Part shown: one piece after another, positions 29,548 through 39,984 of the stretch
How positions within the stretch are numbered: the stretch's first letter is position 1
How the letters are laid out: each line of letters starts with the position of its first letter
DNA from: Candidatus Omnitrophota bacterium
GTDB lineage: Bacteria; Omnitrophota; Gorgyraeia; Zapsychrales; Zapsychraceae
DNA: 64,000 nt
Direction of reading: 5' to 3'
Assembly: GCA_021108075.1 (NCBI GenBank)
Contig: JAIORP010000135.1
Location: forward strand, 23,938-87,937
The notes under the pieces: model-generated
The model's database searches: none
Seen by the model: the letters and a program-made list of their open reading frames with translations, nothing else
Told to the model about the DNA's origin: nothing
Translations under genes and position numbers: made by a program

Positions 29548-29940
29548 GTGAAAGTAGCGGATTTAATGTTATCCGATTATGCAACTGTTAACGATAAAGG
29601 GAAATACACCCTCGTCGGAGCTGGTTTCACAGAAATTCTGACAAAAAAAGTGCCTTTCCGTTATCCGTTAATGTTCATTTTTATTCGTTTACGAATAACT
29701 TCAAAAGACATCGGACGCAATCGAATCCGTGTCCAAATCGTGGGGGAAAAAGGTGCCATTTTTAAAGCCGATATTAACATTGACATCGCCAAAAATCACA
29801 CTGGGGTTCGGTTTATCCCAATCCCAACCCAAATTTCAAACTTAAGGTTTCCAAATGTAGGCTCATATGACATTGAGGTCTGTATTAACGGAGAACTTAA
29901 AGAATGTCAGTCCTTAAGAATTATCCTCAAGAATAATTAA
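29548..29940 (+). CDS. hypothetical protein
   Basis: 130-aa ORF with GTG start after AAAGGAG; no recognisable motifs. Confidence 0.45.
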   Translation: MKVADLMLSDYATVNDKGKYTLVGAGFTEILTKKVPFRYPLMFIFIRLRITSKDIGRNRIRVQIVGEKGAIFKADINIDIAKNHTGVRFIPIPTQISNLRFPNVGSYDIEVCINGELKECQSLRIILKNN

Positions 29941-29968
29941 TCCAGAAATCACTGAAGGAAAGGTCATT

Positions 29969-30748
29969 ATGCAATTGAAACACCCACTTGTTGTCCTTGA
30001 TCTTGAGACAACGGGAACATGGATTGAAAAAGATAAAATCATTGAGATCGCCATGATAAAATGTTTTCCAGATGGACAACAACTTGATTACGTTAAAAGA
30101 ATAAATCCAGGTATCCCTATCCCCAAACAGGTATCGGATCTGGTAGGAATTACCGATAGCGACGTGTATGACGCTCCGCCGTTTAATAATTTAGCCCGAG
30201 AGATCCTTGATTTTATTGACGATTCAGACTTAGCGGGTTTTAATGTCATCCGGTTTGACCTCCCGGTCTTAGAACGAGAATTTTCTGTTTGTAACATGAA
30301 ATTTTATTGGAGAGACAGAAAAATTTATGATGCGCAAAAAGTTTTTCATCTAAAAGAAAAACGGGACTTAACGGCCGCCTATAAATTTTATTGCCGGAAA
30401 GACCTGGTTGGGGCGCATTCGGCTTTGGTGGATACTCAAGCCACATTAGAGGTACTTAAAGAGCAGACGATGCTCTATTCCGATGATAAAGGTGTTCAAG
30501 AATTGTTAAAGTTCGAGTATCAGACGACCGATGATTTCTATGATCACGAAAGAAGATTTCGATGGTGGAACGGCGAATTATATATGACATTCGGTAAACA
30601 CGCGAGAAAATCTTCTTTACAAGATGTCGCAAAAAAAGACCGCAAATATTTAGACTGGATATTATCAGCAAATTTTAATCCTGAGGTCAAATCGATTGTC
30701 TCAAATGCGCTCAACGGCTATTTCCCGGTGAAGGATAAAAAAGACTAA
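29969..30748 (+). CDS. DEDDh 3'-5' exonuclease (DnaQ-like) with DUF3820-like C-terminal domain
   Basis: Exo I VVLDLETTG, Exo II FNVIRFDLPVL, Exo III HSALVDTQATLEVL; C-terminal MTFGKHARKSSLQDVAKKDRKYLDWIL resembles the FGK(Y/H)xGxxL...YLxWL motif. Confidence 0.8.
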   Translation: MQLKHPLVVLDLETTGTWIEKDKIIEIAMIKCFPDGQQLDYVKRINPGIPIPKQVSDLVGITDSDVYDAPPFNNLAREILDFIDDSDLAGFNVIRFDLPVLEREFSVCNMKFYWRDRKIYDAQKVFHLKEKRDLTAAYKFYCRKDLVGAHSALVDTQATLEVLKEQTMLYSDDKGVQELLKFEYQTTDDFYDHERRFRWWNGELYMTFGKHARKSSLQDVAKKDRKYLDWILSANFNPEVKSIVSNALNGYFPVKDKKD

Positions 30749-30764
30749 AATTGAAAAACTTATT

Positions 30765-31268
30765 ATGATTGACTGGACCCTTGTTGATTTACTCGGACGT
30801 TTCATCTTAATTAATATTGTTCCTTTTGTCTTTTTTTTTCAATTAATTATGAAAAGACGCGAGCAATGGTTAGGGTCAAAGCATAGTGAGATTATCTTAG
30901 TCGCAGGCGAACTCCAGACTGTTGGTTTTTTAGGATACTATATTATTTTATCTATTTTTTTCTACTCGATACCGGTACTAAAATATATCAATAAAGATGA
31001 ATTTTATATTTTCTTAATCGAACCTGAAGATTACACAGTCGCCACGATTGCCATTATCTCGTTTACTTTGGTCGTCTGCGCAATCTTTATGCGACATCGA
31101 TTCTTATGGGCTTACCGCTTAGCTGTTGTTATCATCAATTTGTTGCTGATCTATTCATTTTTTCATATTCTAGAAATTGGACCGGTTTGTATCGTACCTA
31201 TTATTGTGTTTGGATACTTATTGTATCGATTAACCAAACCCACATTTTTAAAGGAATTATTAGAATAA
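30765..31268 (+). CDS. hypothetical integral membrane protein
   Basis: Four or five hydrophobic segments; no motifs. Confidence 0.45.
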   Translation: MIDWTLVDLLGRFILINIVPFVFFFQLIMKRREQWLGSKHSEIILVAGELQTVGFLGYYIILSIFFYSIPVLKYINKDEFYIFLIEPEDYTVATIAIISFTLVVCAIFMRHRFLWAYRLAVVIINLLLIYSFFHILEIGPVCIVPIIVFGYLLYRLTKPTFLKELLE

Positions 31269-31294
31269 TTAATTTTATTCAATAGGTTAATGCC

Positions 31295-32206
31295 ATGAAT
31301 ATCGACGAAACCTGCTATAAGAAAATCCATGTGGTCATCAATCCCACCTCTGGAAGTCCTCGTCCGGTCTTACGCACAATTAATGATGTCTTTCATCCAC
31401 TGAATATTGATTGGTCGGTATCCATCACCAAAAACCCTGGTGATGCGCATCTTTTTGCTGAAAAAGCGCTTGAGACAGATATTGATTGTCTCGCCGTATG
31501 CGGAGGAGACGGAACCATTTCTGAAGCGGCCACAAGCCTTATTGGCTCAGACATCCCCTTGGCCATTCTACCTGGCGGCACGGCTAATATCATGTCCGTT
31601 GAATTAGGCATTCCCAACGATTTGAGTCGTGCCTGTAAACTCATCCTAAATAAAAGGCAATATATTAAAAAAATTGATGTCGGACAGGTCGGGGACAAGC
31701 ATTTTATTCTCCGTGTGAGTGCAGGATTTGAAGCCGAAGTCGTTCGGATAACAGGTAAAAAACTTAAATCTAATGTCGGACTCCTGGCTTATGCTTTATC
31801 TGGTTTTGGAGCTCTGCTCAAAACAAAGTCAACTCATTACAACATAACCATCGACGGCAAGAAAATCGAATGCTACGGCTTATCTTATGTCATTGCTAAC
31901 AGCGGGAACCTTGGAATACCCGGAGTCACGCTCTCGCCTAAAATCAATCTTTGTGACGGGCTTCTTGATCTGATCATCATCAGGGCAGGAGACCTCAAAA
32001 CGTTGTTTTATTTGGGATCACACCCGCATCCCGGAGATATCATCGCCGAATTCTTTCAGCATTGGCAGGCAAAAGACATTCAGATTGAGGCTCAACCCGC
32101 GCATCATGTCCAAAAGGATGGTGAGATGTGGGGGAAACGGACCGTATCCGCAAAAGTCATTCCGCAGGCCCTGAGCATCATCACTCCACCTAAAAAATCC
32201 AGGTAG
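31295..32206 (+). CDS. YegS/BmrU-type lipid kinase (diacylglycerol-kinase catalytic domain)
   Basis: IHVVINPTSGS, LAVCGGDGTISEAA, LAILPGGTANIMSVELGIP: the DAGK_cat signature. Confidence 0.8.
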   Translation: MNIDETCYKKIHVVINPTSGSPRPVLRTINDVFHPLNIDWSVSITKNPGDAHLFAEKALETDIDCLAVCGGDGTISEAATSLIGSDIPLAILPGGTANIMSVELGIPNDLSRACKLILNKRQYIKKIDVGQVGDKHFILRVSAGFEAEVVRITGKKLKSNVGLLAYALSGFGALLKTKSTHYNITIDGKKIECYGLSYVIANSGNLGIPGVTLSPKINLCDGLLDLIIIRAGDLKTLFYLGSHPHPGDIIAEFFQHWQAKDIQIEAQPAHHVQKDGEMWGKRTVSAKVIPQALSIITPPKKSR

Positions 32207-32215
32207 GATACATTT

Positions 32216-32983
32216 TTAAACAAAGGAAGCTATCAGTTCAAATATATAACCTACGGCTTCCGGCTTCTTTTCCACTAAAGCAGAAGAGACAGAATAAAAC
32301 GGTTTCTCTTGGACAATATCACTAATAAACATTAGCCCGACAGCTTTTTTTCCAATATGCGTTGCCGAGGCATAAAATGACGCACATTCCATATCCAGGA
32401 CTTGAATCTGATGATCCTTAAAAAAGGAGAGATAGTCTTCCTCTAAAATCAAAGAGGCGAAAGACGCACCCTTAACAGAATGGATCCATTGACGTTGTGT
32501 TTTGTCCCGGTCTCTGACTTGATCGGCTAGGAAAGGATCCGGTCTTGTCAGACTGATTGGGGGATCAGATTCCAGCCCTAAAACGATAGAAAGACTATCT
32601 AAGGATAATTGCTGGTCAGGAAGAACGATCGAACAAAGATCTAAGACCTTGGATGGAAAAGACAATCCCGCAGATCCGACAAAAAAAAGTGATGTGACAG
32701 GAGAATGCCGCAAGGATAAGACAGCGTCTGCGACAAAAATTGACCCAATGAAAGTCTGGATAACCGTCATCCCCTGACATTGGTAAGCCATCCCCAACTT
32801 CCCTTGAGATTTGCTTTTAACAACATCCTTATCGCCTGACTGAGATAAACCTAAACGGAGAGGGGAAATCAGGCAGACCTCTTTGATGTCGGCTTCTGAA
32901 ATCCCATAAAAATATTGACAATAATCCATCATCATTTCACTTGTAATTGTATTGAAATTATACCTAAAATTATCTATTGACAA
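32216..32983 (-). CDS. PNP_UDP_1-family nucleosidase (MTA/SAH nucleosidase or futalosine-hydrolase-like)
   Basis: FFVGSAGLS (cf. the GxAGG loop), VLDMECASF (cf. DMEGAA) and LMFISD (cf. IRxISD) motifs, in the order found in MTAN-like enzymes. Confidence 0.6.
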   Translation of the reverse strand: MSIDNFRYNFNTITSEMMMDYCQYFYGISEADIKEVCLISPLRLGLSQSGDKDVVKSKSQGKLGMAYQCQGMTVIQTFIGSIFVADAVLSLRHSPVTSLFFVGSAGLSFPSKVLDLCSIVLPDQQLSLDSLSIVLGLESDPPISLTRPDPFLADQVRDRDKTQRQWIHSVKGASFASLILEEDYLSFFKDHQIQVLDMECASFYASATHIGKKAVGLMFISDIVQEKPFYSVSSALVEKKPEAVGYIFELIASFV

Positions 32984-33150
32984 ACCTATTAAGTTTATAC
33001 ACTAAACCATATTTAAACAAGACAAAAAATATAAAATCGTTCTCATTTTTTTGAACAACGGTGCTAAAATATTTTTGTTGATATATTTGCTATTAATTGG
33101 ATATCCATATATATATATAGTATGCAATTTCCTGATAGGAGAAGGAATGA

Positions 33151-34026
33151 ATGAAAAAGATACTGATCAAATTTAGTGATTTCTCTCAACCATTTCTATT
33201 TATCTTATGTTTATTATTAACACTCGTCATCGGAAGTATCCGCTATCTCACAGGTACTGAATGGGAATTTTCCCTATTTTACTTATTCCCTATCTGTATT
33301 GCGACCTGGTTCATTACCCGTTGGGCCGGGGTTGTCCTCTCTATAACAAGTGCGTTATCCTGGTTCGTTGCTGATATGTTTCTTATCAATAGGTTTTCCC
33401 ATTACCTGGTTCCCTGTATCAATGAATTACTTCGTTCCATTGTCTTTCTGGCTGCAACCTTCACCCTGTCAGAATTAAAAAATCTCATATTCCGGCAAGA
33501 AAAACTGGCATTAACAGATACCCTGACAGGTATTGCGAATAGACGGGCTTTCTTTAAATATGCAGAGATAGAACTTATGCGCGCCCAAAGATTTGAACGC
33601 CCCTTTACGATCGCGTATATGGATATCGATAATTTTAAATCAATAAATGACAAATGCGGCCATAATATCGGAGATGTCCTGTTGCGTTCAATTGGTGGAA
33701 CATTAAAGCGGGCCATTCGAAACGTGGACATTGTCGCGCGCATAGGCGGAGATGAATTTGTGCTATTTTTGCCGGAAACGGATGAAAAAGTGGCCTGCGC
33801 GATCATCAGACGAATAGATAAAAAATTAAATGATTTTGTTCACATGCATGAGTGGCCCATTTCGTTCAGTTTCGGAGTTGTGACATTCAGCAATATTCCT
33901 AAAAACATCGATGACATCATAAACAAAGCCGATCAATTACTACTAGAGGCTAAAAAAATGGGTAAGGCTAAAATCCGTCACAAAATTATTACTGATGTCA
34001 TCGGCATTGAAAAAAATCATAAATAA
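33151..34026 (+). CDS. membrane-anchored diguanylate cyclase (GGDEF)
   Basis: Three N-terminal TM segments; LTGIANRRAF...DIDNFKSINDKCGH...RIGGDEFVLFL (A-site GGDEF intact). Confidence 0.85.
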   Translation: MKKILIKFSDFSQPFLFILCLLLTLVIGSIRYLTGTEWEFSLFYLFPICIATWFITRWAGVVLSITSALSWFVADMFLINRFSHYLVPCINELLRSIVFLAATFTLSELKNLIFRQEKLALTDTLTGIANRRAFFKYAEIELMRAQRFERPFTIAYMDIDNFKSINDKCGHNIGDVLLRSIGGTLKRAIRNVDIVARIGGDEFVLFLPETDEKVACAIIRRIDKKLNDFVHMHEWPISFSFGVVTFSNIPKNIDDIINKADQLLLEAKKMGKAKIRHKIITDVIGIEKNHK

Positions 34027-34028
34027 TT

Positions 34029-34973
34029 ATGAAACTATCTCCTTTTGATACGACTACGGATTCTTCGGCATTGATATGCCTCGGCAGTTGGGTCTTCGGC
34101 GGACAATTCTGGCAGGGGAATAAAGAAATCGACAGTTTCAATGTTTTATCAGAAGCTCCTGATCTTGGTATCAATGTCATCGATACAGCGCCCATATATG
34201 GAAATGGTCAGGCAGAACGAATCATTGGTAAATACCTTAAAAAAAACCGTTCAAAATACTTTGTCGCAACCAAATGCGGCCTCATAAAAAACCAACGTCA
34301 AGTCTCACATAACCTATCAGCCAACTCTATTCACAAAGAAATCAACGATAGTCTGCAACGACTATGCACAGACCATGTTGACCTTTATCAATGTCACTGG
34401 CCTGATCCTCAAACTCCAATTGAAGAAACCTTAAACGCTCTTTTGCAATTAAAGAGGGAAGGTAAAATAAGACACATTGGTCTTTCAAACTACGATAAAC
34501 AAGAACTGACAAAGGCTTTGGAAATAACCGGGGATATTGTAAGCCTTCAAAGTCCTTATTCATTCTTAAATCGATCTATTGAAAAGAAAATTATGCCCTT
34601 AGTTCAAAACCGGCAGCTGAATCTTATGATTTATGGCGCTTTGGCTGGAGGAATTTTGACGGGAAAATACCGGGAATCCCCGCAATTTAATGGACCGGAT
34701 GCACGCAATTTCTTTTATAAATATTACGACACGGATAGCCATCGTATTATTACGGACTTCCTCAAAAAAATCGAGACAATCCAAAAACCCTTAAATCAAA
34801 TTGCTATCAATTGGGTCAGACAGAACCCGACGGTCAAAACCGTTATCTTAGGCTGCCGAAACCTGGACCAATTAAAATCAAATGCTGCCGCTCTTCAATG
34901 GGAATTATCCTGTGAAGAAATAAGTCTGATCAATAAAAATCTCCCGTTTTTGGATAACCTACAGCCTAATTGA
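34029..34973 (+). CDS. aldo/keto reductase
   Basis: GINVIDTAPIYGNGQAERIIGK and overall AKR (Tas/YajO-like) pattern. Confidence 0.8.
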   Translation: MKLSPFDTTTDSSALICLGSWVFGGQFWQGNKEIDSFNVLSEAPDLGINVIDTAPIYGNGQAERIIGKYLKKNRSKYFVATKCGLIKNQRQVSHNLSANSIHKEINDSLQRLCTDHVDLYQCHWPDPQTPIEETLNALLQLKREGKIRHIGLSNYDKQELTKALEITGDIVSLQSPYSFLNRSIEKKIMPLVQNRQLNLMIYGALAGGILTGKYRESPQFNGPDARNFFYKYYDTDSHRIITDFLKKIETIQKPLNQIAINWVRQNPTVKTVILGCRNLDQLKSNAAALQWELSCEEISLINKNLPFLDNLQPN

Positions 34974-36322
34974 CGGTCACTATGAATTTGTCTGAAATTG
35001 AAATTTTCACGGCTCATACCTACCCCCGTTTTGGTCAAAACAAAAAAAACGAAATCGTTCGTTTATTATATGAAACCATAAAACGTGAAAAATGTTCTCT
35101 CAAAGAAATAATACCCGTTCTTCCTCAGACCAAACACTTTTCAACAATCAAAAACTTTTTGTTGAAAATCAGATATCCCCACCTATCAAAAAAAGAACGC
35201 TTCACGAATGTCTTGTTAACACCTATCAAAATGCACCCGGAATACGTGTTCAAACCTCATCCGTATTTTCATTTCACGCCTAATCATATTTATATTGAAA
35301 AAGCCGTTATTCGATCATCCCTAAGCTTACGTGTTCAATCTTTATTTCCTCATGCTGAGGCGCATGAAATCACAACCTATAAAGACCACGTCTCCAAACA
35401 AGCATATTCAGTCCTTAATTATAATAAACGCAGAGAAGATATTTTCATTATTAAAGAAAACTTCTCTTATCATCTAAACTGCCCATGCTCCACTGATGCG
35501 GTATGTTGCCAATATGACATACTTAATATCGGGTATGGTTGCCCTTACGATTGCAGTTATTGCTTTCTGCAGGGATATACAAATTCCCCGGGCATCCTGC
35601 TTCCAGCGAATATTCATGCGTTCTTTAATGAGCTCAATATGATTCGAGGTTATCGGCGTTTTGGATCCGGGCAATTCACCGATTCACTCGCCCTTGACCA
35701 TATCTCATCTTATAGCCAAGATATCATTGATTATTTCAAGAACAAACCGGAATTCATCTTCGAATTCAAAACAAAAAGTGATAATGTCAATCTGCTTCTA
35801 AAAAAACAACCGTCTAAAAATATCATTGTTTCCTGGAGCCTTAATCCAGAAAACATCATCAATCAAAGTGAATGGTACACTGCCCCATTGAAGAATCGCT
35901 TCTCAGCCGCTCAAGCCTGCCAGGAAAAGGGGTACGGACTTGGATTTCATTTTGACCCCATTATTCACTACCCGAACTGGGATCGTGACTACCACGAAGT
36001 CATTCAATTATTAAGTGAAAAAATTGACCCGGAACAAATCCGCTGGATTAGTCTAGGTTGCCTGCGCATGCCTGTTAAATTAAAATCCGTGATCGAGAAT
36101 CGATTTCCTCAAGACCCAATTTTAAATGGGGAACTCCTCACCGATTTTGATGAAAAATTAAGATATCACCCCCGTTTAAGAAAAATGATTTATGAAAAAA
36201 TGGTTATTTGGTTAAAAAACCTTTTGCCTGATGTTAAAATATATTTATGTATGGAAAGCCATCAAATGTACAAAGAATGCGGTATTCCATTACCTGAAAA
36301 TTTATACTTTTTTCTCAGGTAA
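34970..36322 (+). CDS. SPL-family radical SAM protein (spore-photoproduct-lyase-like DNA repair enzyme)
   Basis: GYGCPYDCSYCFLQGYTN: Cx3Cx2C radical-SAM cluster motif in the SplB-like context (CxxDCxYCxLQ); the start may lie at a downstream Met. Confidence 0.65.
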   Translation: MTVTMNLSEIEIFTAHTYPRFGQNKKNEIVRLLYETIKREKCSLKEIIPVLPQTKHFSTIKNFLLKIRYPHLSKKERFTNVLLTPIKMHPEYVFKPHPYFHFTPNHIYIEKAVIRSSLSLRVQSLFPHAEAHEITTYKDHVSKQAYSVLNYNKRREDIFIIKENFSYHLNCPCSTDAVCCQYDILNIGYGCPYDCSYCFLQGYTNSPGILLPANIHAFFNELNMIRGYRRFGSGQFTDSLALDHISSYSQDIIDYFKNKPEFIFEFKTKSDNVNLLLKKQPSKNIIVSWSLNPENIINQSEWYTAPLKNRFSAAQACQEKGYGLGFHFDPIIHYPNWDRDYHEVIQLLSEKIDPEQIRWISLGCLRMPVKLKSVIENRFPQDPILNGELLTDFDEKLRYHPRLRKMIYEKMVIWLKNLLPDVKIYLCMESHQMYKECGIPLPENLYFFLR

Positions 36323-36468
36323 AATCTATTGCGTATCTCCCATTAAACCAATAATAAAAATCATTGCAGTTTACGGAACTTATGCCTATAATTTTAATGC
36401 TTTTCGATATTAACTTTGTTAATCGACCCAATTAAAAAATAACAAATTGACCAATAATTGAGGAATGT

Positions 36469-36975
36469 ATGTCTTTAAACTATTATAAAAGTGACGAAGA
36501 TAACACGCATCAAAAGCTCCGCCTCAAACCTTTTATTATCTTTTGGCTTTTATTAGTGACCCTTCCGTTTATATACGACCTTGTTGTTATCGGACCCGAA
36601 TTAATTTACGATACTCTTAAAACATGCCAGGCTGTTTATGTCGTGTTCATATTCTTCTGCATCTTCGGATTTCTCTTAAGAAAAGATTGGGGGCGCAGGC
36701 AAATTCGGTCAATCTTTTTTGTGCACCTCATTTTCATTTTGTACAGCATCTTTTATATCAGTCAAATCCCATACGTTTACGGGTTAAAAACATTATCTTT
36801 TTTTGAAGAAATGGAGACGGACAAGATCAAACAGATTGTTGTAACCGTCTCTATCATTGCTGTTGCATTTCCATTCTATATCGTTTTTTATTTAAGTCAT
36901 CCGAATGTCCGAAGATACTTTCAAGAAAAACCAAAAAAGAAAGAGGAAGGGGAAGACGAGGAAGAGGAGAATTAA
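36469..36975 (+). CDS. hypothetical membrane protein with acidic C-terminal tail
   Basis: Four hydrophobic segments; ends KKKEEGEDEEEEN. Confidence 0.45.
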   Translation: MSLNYYKSDEDNTHQKLRLKPFIIFWLLLVTLPFIYDLVVIGPELIYDTLKTCQAVYVVFIFFCIFGFLLRKDWGRRQIRSIFFVHLIFILYSIFYISQIPYVYGLKTLSFFEEMETDKIKQIVVTVSIIAVAFPFYIVFYLSHPNVRRYFQEKPKKKEEGEDEEEEN

Positions 36976-37030
36976 ACAAAGGACTAATATCATGAATATT
37001 CCGATATCGACAATTAAGCGGGAGGAAAAT

Positions 37031-37423
37031 ATGCCATCTTTATTCACAAAAATAATCAACGGGGAAATTCCTTGCCATAAAATTTATGAAGATGATCAAT
37101 GTTTAGCCTTTTTAGATATCCGGCCGATAAAGGAAGGGCACACATTAGTCATCCCCAAGAAGGAAATTGATTATATCTTTGACTTAGAAGATCCTGATCT
37201 CGCGAACTTAATGTTGTGTGCAAAAAAGATCGCTTCCGCGATAAAACAAACAATTGAATGTGACCGCATCGGAATTATGGTCGCTGGCCTGGAAGTTCCG
37301 CATACCCACGTTCATCTTATTCCCATCAAATCTGTTAGTGACCTGAATTTTTCATTAGCTGAGAATGCTGATAACGAAAATTTAGCTCAGACAGCTCAAA
37401 AAATTCGCAATAATTTTAGTTGA
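37031..37423 (+). CDS. HIT-family (histidine triad) hydrolase
   Basis: GGAGGA RBS; CHKIYEDDQCLAFLDIRP...EVPHTHVHLIP (HxHxHxx triad). Confidence 0.8.
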   Translation: MPSLFTKIINGEIPCHKIYEDDQCLAFLDIRPIKEGHTLVIPKKEIDYIFDLEDPDLANLMLCAKKIASAIKQTIECDRIGIMVAGLEVPHTHVHLIPIKSVSDLNFSLAENADNENLAQTAQKIRNNFS

Positions 37424-37573
37424 GGCGCGGGGATTGACACTCTTCAGGAATATAAATAGACCTGAGATACTATCCCTTAAATAAAAGACTCCGCATGCAA
37501 AAAAGTATATTTTATATTGCCTCCTTGCTGTTTCGTCCATATAATGAAAGAAAATAAAAACCATGGGGGTCAT

Positions 37574-38713
37574 ATGAATACCAAATTACTCAAACTTACA
37601 CTTAACTTTCTTTTTATATCGCTAGCCGTGCAAATAAACCTAACAACACTGCAAGCCCAACAAAACTTGCCAAATGATGAGCGAATGTCCATCATTGATC
37701 GGGAAATGCATTGCATCCAAGAAAAAATAAATAAGCAGGAAGATCTGCAATGGAGCGATGTTTGCTACACAAACAACCTCAATGCCCAAACCGAAAATGA
37801 TAAAAACGCATATCAACAAAATGTTTCCACCCACATCGAAGAGAGCATCCAATTAGCTCAAGCGACAGGTACTGCCCTCATTTTTACTGAAGAGGATATT
37901 GATACAATTCCCATGGCCGACTTCTCGCAAAAAGAAAATATCATTGAAATCGGTTTTGAAGGCTCTAAGTTTGACTATGAAGAACCCGGGTTAATGACTG
38001 ACAAAGGAAATATGTACGGCATTTTCATCAATTACACCCACCGCTCCAGAAAAAACAAACAAATTAATCATATTAAACAAATCTTTCACGACACCCAGAA
38101 AATTAATGTCTATAAACTCGAAGGTAAATTCAGTGGCGGAGAACTTGACTATGACTCACAGGGAACAGGTTCAAGCACGGGGGCTAAAAATTACATTTTT
38201 GAGGTACGTGGCATGGTCGGATACGACCTTAATTTTAGTGATCGGACGCGATTCACACCCTATATGGGAGTAGGATACCGTTATCTTAAAGATGATGGTG
38301 GCGGAGAGACCACAACCACCGGACATTGGTCCTATGACCGTGAAGCTAATTACTTTTACGCACCGATCGGTGTTGAAGCACATCGCGTTCTTACCCCGGG
38401 ATGGATTTTAGATGTCGTCCTGGAATATAATTGGTTTATCAGTGGTAAACAAAAAAGTCATCTCGGTGATGTCAGTACCAGCTATGAAACACTGACAAAT
38501 GACCAAAGCAGGGGATACGGCCTGCGCGGATCTTTTAAAATAACAAAAGAAATGGAAGGAATGAATTTCTTTATTGAACCATTCTTTCGCTATTGGAATA
38601 TCGAAGATTCAGAGGTCAGCCCTGTCGTTTACAGCGGGGTCGTCGTAGGTGCGGGATTAGAGCCGGAAAACAATTCCACTGAATGCGGAGTAAAATTTGG
38701 AGTCCAGTTTTAG
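37574..38713 (+). CDS. outer-membrane beta-barrel protein
   Basis: Signal peptide ending LQAQQ; alternating aromatic/hydrophobic pattern; C-terminal ...KFGVQF with terminal Phe (OMP sorting signature). Confidence 0.55.
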   Translation: MNTKLLKLTLNFLFISLAVQINLTTLQAQQNLPNDERMSIIDREMHCIQEKINKQEDLQWSDVCYTNNLNAQTENDKNAYQQNVSTHIEESIQLAQATGTALIFTEEDIDTIPMADFSQKENIIEIGFEGSKFDYEEPGLMTDKGNMYGIFINYTHRSRKNKQINHIKQIFHDTQKINVYKLEGKFSGGELDYDSQGTGSSTGAKNYIFEVRGMVGYDLNFSDRTRFTPYMGVGYRYLKDDGGGETTTTGHWSYDREANYFYAPIGVEAHRVLTPGWILDVVLEYNWFISGKQKSHLGDVSTSYETLTNDQSRGYGLRGSFKITKEMEGMNFFIEPFFRYWNIEDSEVSPVVYSGVVVGAGLEPENNSTECGVKFGVQF

Positions 38714-38769
38714 GCCTCTCAGGCACTTGTCATCTTATGTTGTTTATTTATCAAAAAGATTAAAAATAG

Positions 38770-39966
38770 ATGGTTGATCAATTCGCAATCCAATATCAGA
38801 GTCCTTTACGTGTCCTTGTCGTTGAAGACAATCCCGTTGATCTAACAGTCATCAAATCCATGTTAACGGGAACAACCGACAATTACACATTCCTGAAGAC
38901 AGCGTCCACGATCAAAACCGCACTTGAAATTATTGAAGAGTACCCTATCGATGTTGTCATCCTCGATCTCAACCTTCCGGATAGTCAAGGAGAAAAAACA
39001 CTGCAAACCGTTCATAACCGCTTCAATGACCTGACCATTGTTGTCAACACCGGGGCTTACGAGGAAGAACTCGGTTTGCACACATTGAGCAACGGGGCGC
39101 AAGATTTTCTTGTCAAAGGAAGGTATACCGCTTACACCCTGAACAAAGTCCTCCATTTTGCCATAAAACGCAAAAAACTTGAGACAGAACTGACCAGGAC
39201 CGTACAACAAGTCAAAGATGCCCAAGAACAACTCCTTCAAGCAGAAAAAATGAATGTGGTCGGCATACTCGCTAGTGGAATAGCCCATGAAGTACGAAAC
39301 CCATTAGCAACGATCTTATATGGGATCACCTACCTTCATGAAAATATCCGGGTCGAAGATAAAAATTATCACCATGTCCTGAAGAATATTAAAGAAGCGA
39401 CAAAACGGGCCAATGATATTATTTCTGACTTGCTTGATTTCTCAAAATTTAAAAAACTGCAACTCGATGAGACAAATATACATCACGTTATTAAAAAAGC
39501 GTTATCATTGATCCAATATGAAATTGATAAAAAAACTCTTCAAATCGTCAATGACTTCCAAAACAGCATCCCACCTATTAAAATTGATCAAAACCGCATT
39601 GAACAGGTTATCGTCAACCTTTTGCTCAATGCCATTCATGCGACGGAAGAGGGCAAAATTTCGATCAGGACTTACACACGCACACTATCAAATGATTTAA
39701 CGGAAATACCTCAAATATCCAGAAAAAATTTCACCCCAGGACAACAAGCTCTGTTTTGCTCGATAGATGATTCCGGCAGCGGGATTCCAGCAGAAGACAT
39801 CGATCAGGTTTTCTATCCGTTTTTCACTTCCCGCCGAGCTAAAGGCGGAATTGGTCTAGGGCTATACGTCGCTCGAAACATTATTGATATTCACAAAGGT
39901 GCCTTAATCTTAAAAAATAACGAGGATAAGGGAGCCCAAGCCATAGTTGTATTACCATATCGTTAA
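38770..39966 (+). CDS. receiver-histidine kinase (N-terminal REC, then HisKA-HATPase_c)
   Basis: LRVLVVEDNPVDL...VILDLNLPDSQG; H-box GIAHEVRNPLATI; G-boxes DDSGSGIP, GGIGLGLYVARNII. Confidence 0.8.
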   Translation: MVDQFAIQYQSPLRVLVVEDNPVDLTVIKSMLTGTTDNYTFLKTASTIKTALEIIEEYPIDVVILDLNLPDSQGEKTLQTVHNRFNDLTIVVNTGAYEEELGLHTLSNGAQDFLVKGRYTAYTLNKVLHFAIKRKKLETELTRTVQQVKDAQEQLLQAEKMNVVGILASGIAHEVRNPLATILYGITYLHENIRVEDKNYHHVLKNIKEATKRANDIISDLLDFSKFKKLQLDETNIHHVIKKALSLIQYEIDKKTLQIVNDFQNSIPPIKIDQNRIEQVIVNLLLNAIHATEEGKISIRTYTRTLSNDLTEIPQISRKNFTPGQQALFCSIDDSGSGIPAEDIDQVFYPFFTSRRAKGGIGLGLYVARNIIDIHKGALILKNNEDKGAQAIVVLPYR

Positions 39967-39984
39967 TCTAAGGGAGTTTAAGTC

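Noticed and set aside
36905-37030. Track ORF start at 36905 for the HIT gene (and 37517 for the OMP gene, 44115 for DUF368, 45209 for the K/R-rich gene, 7096 and 11284 for receivers)
   Set aside because: These upstream starts overlap the preceding genes in other frames and lack RBSs. Downstream in-frame ATGs preceded by GGAGG-type RBSs (37031, 37574, 44193, 45218, 7105, 11359) are preferred.
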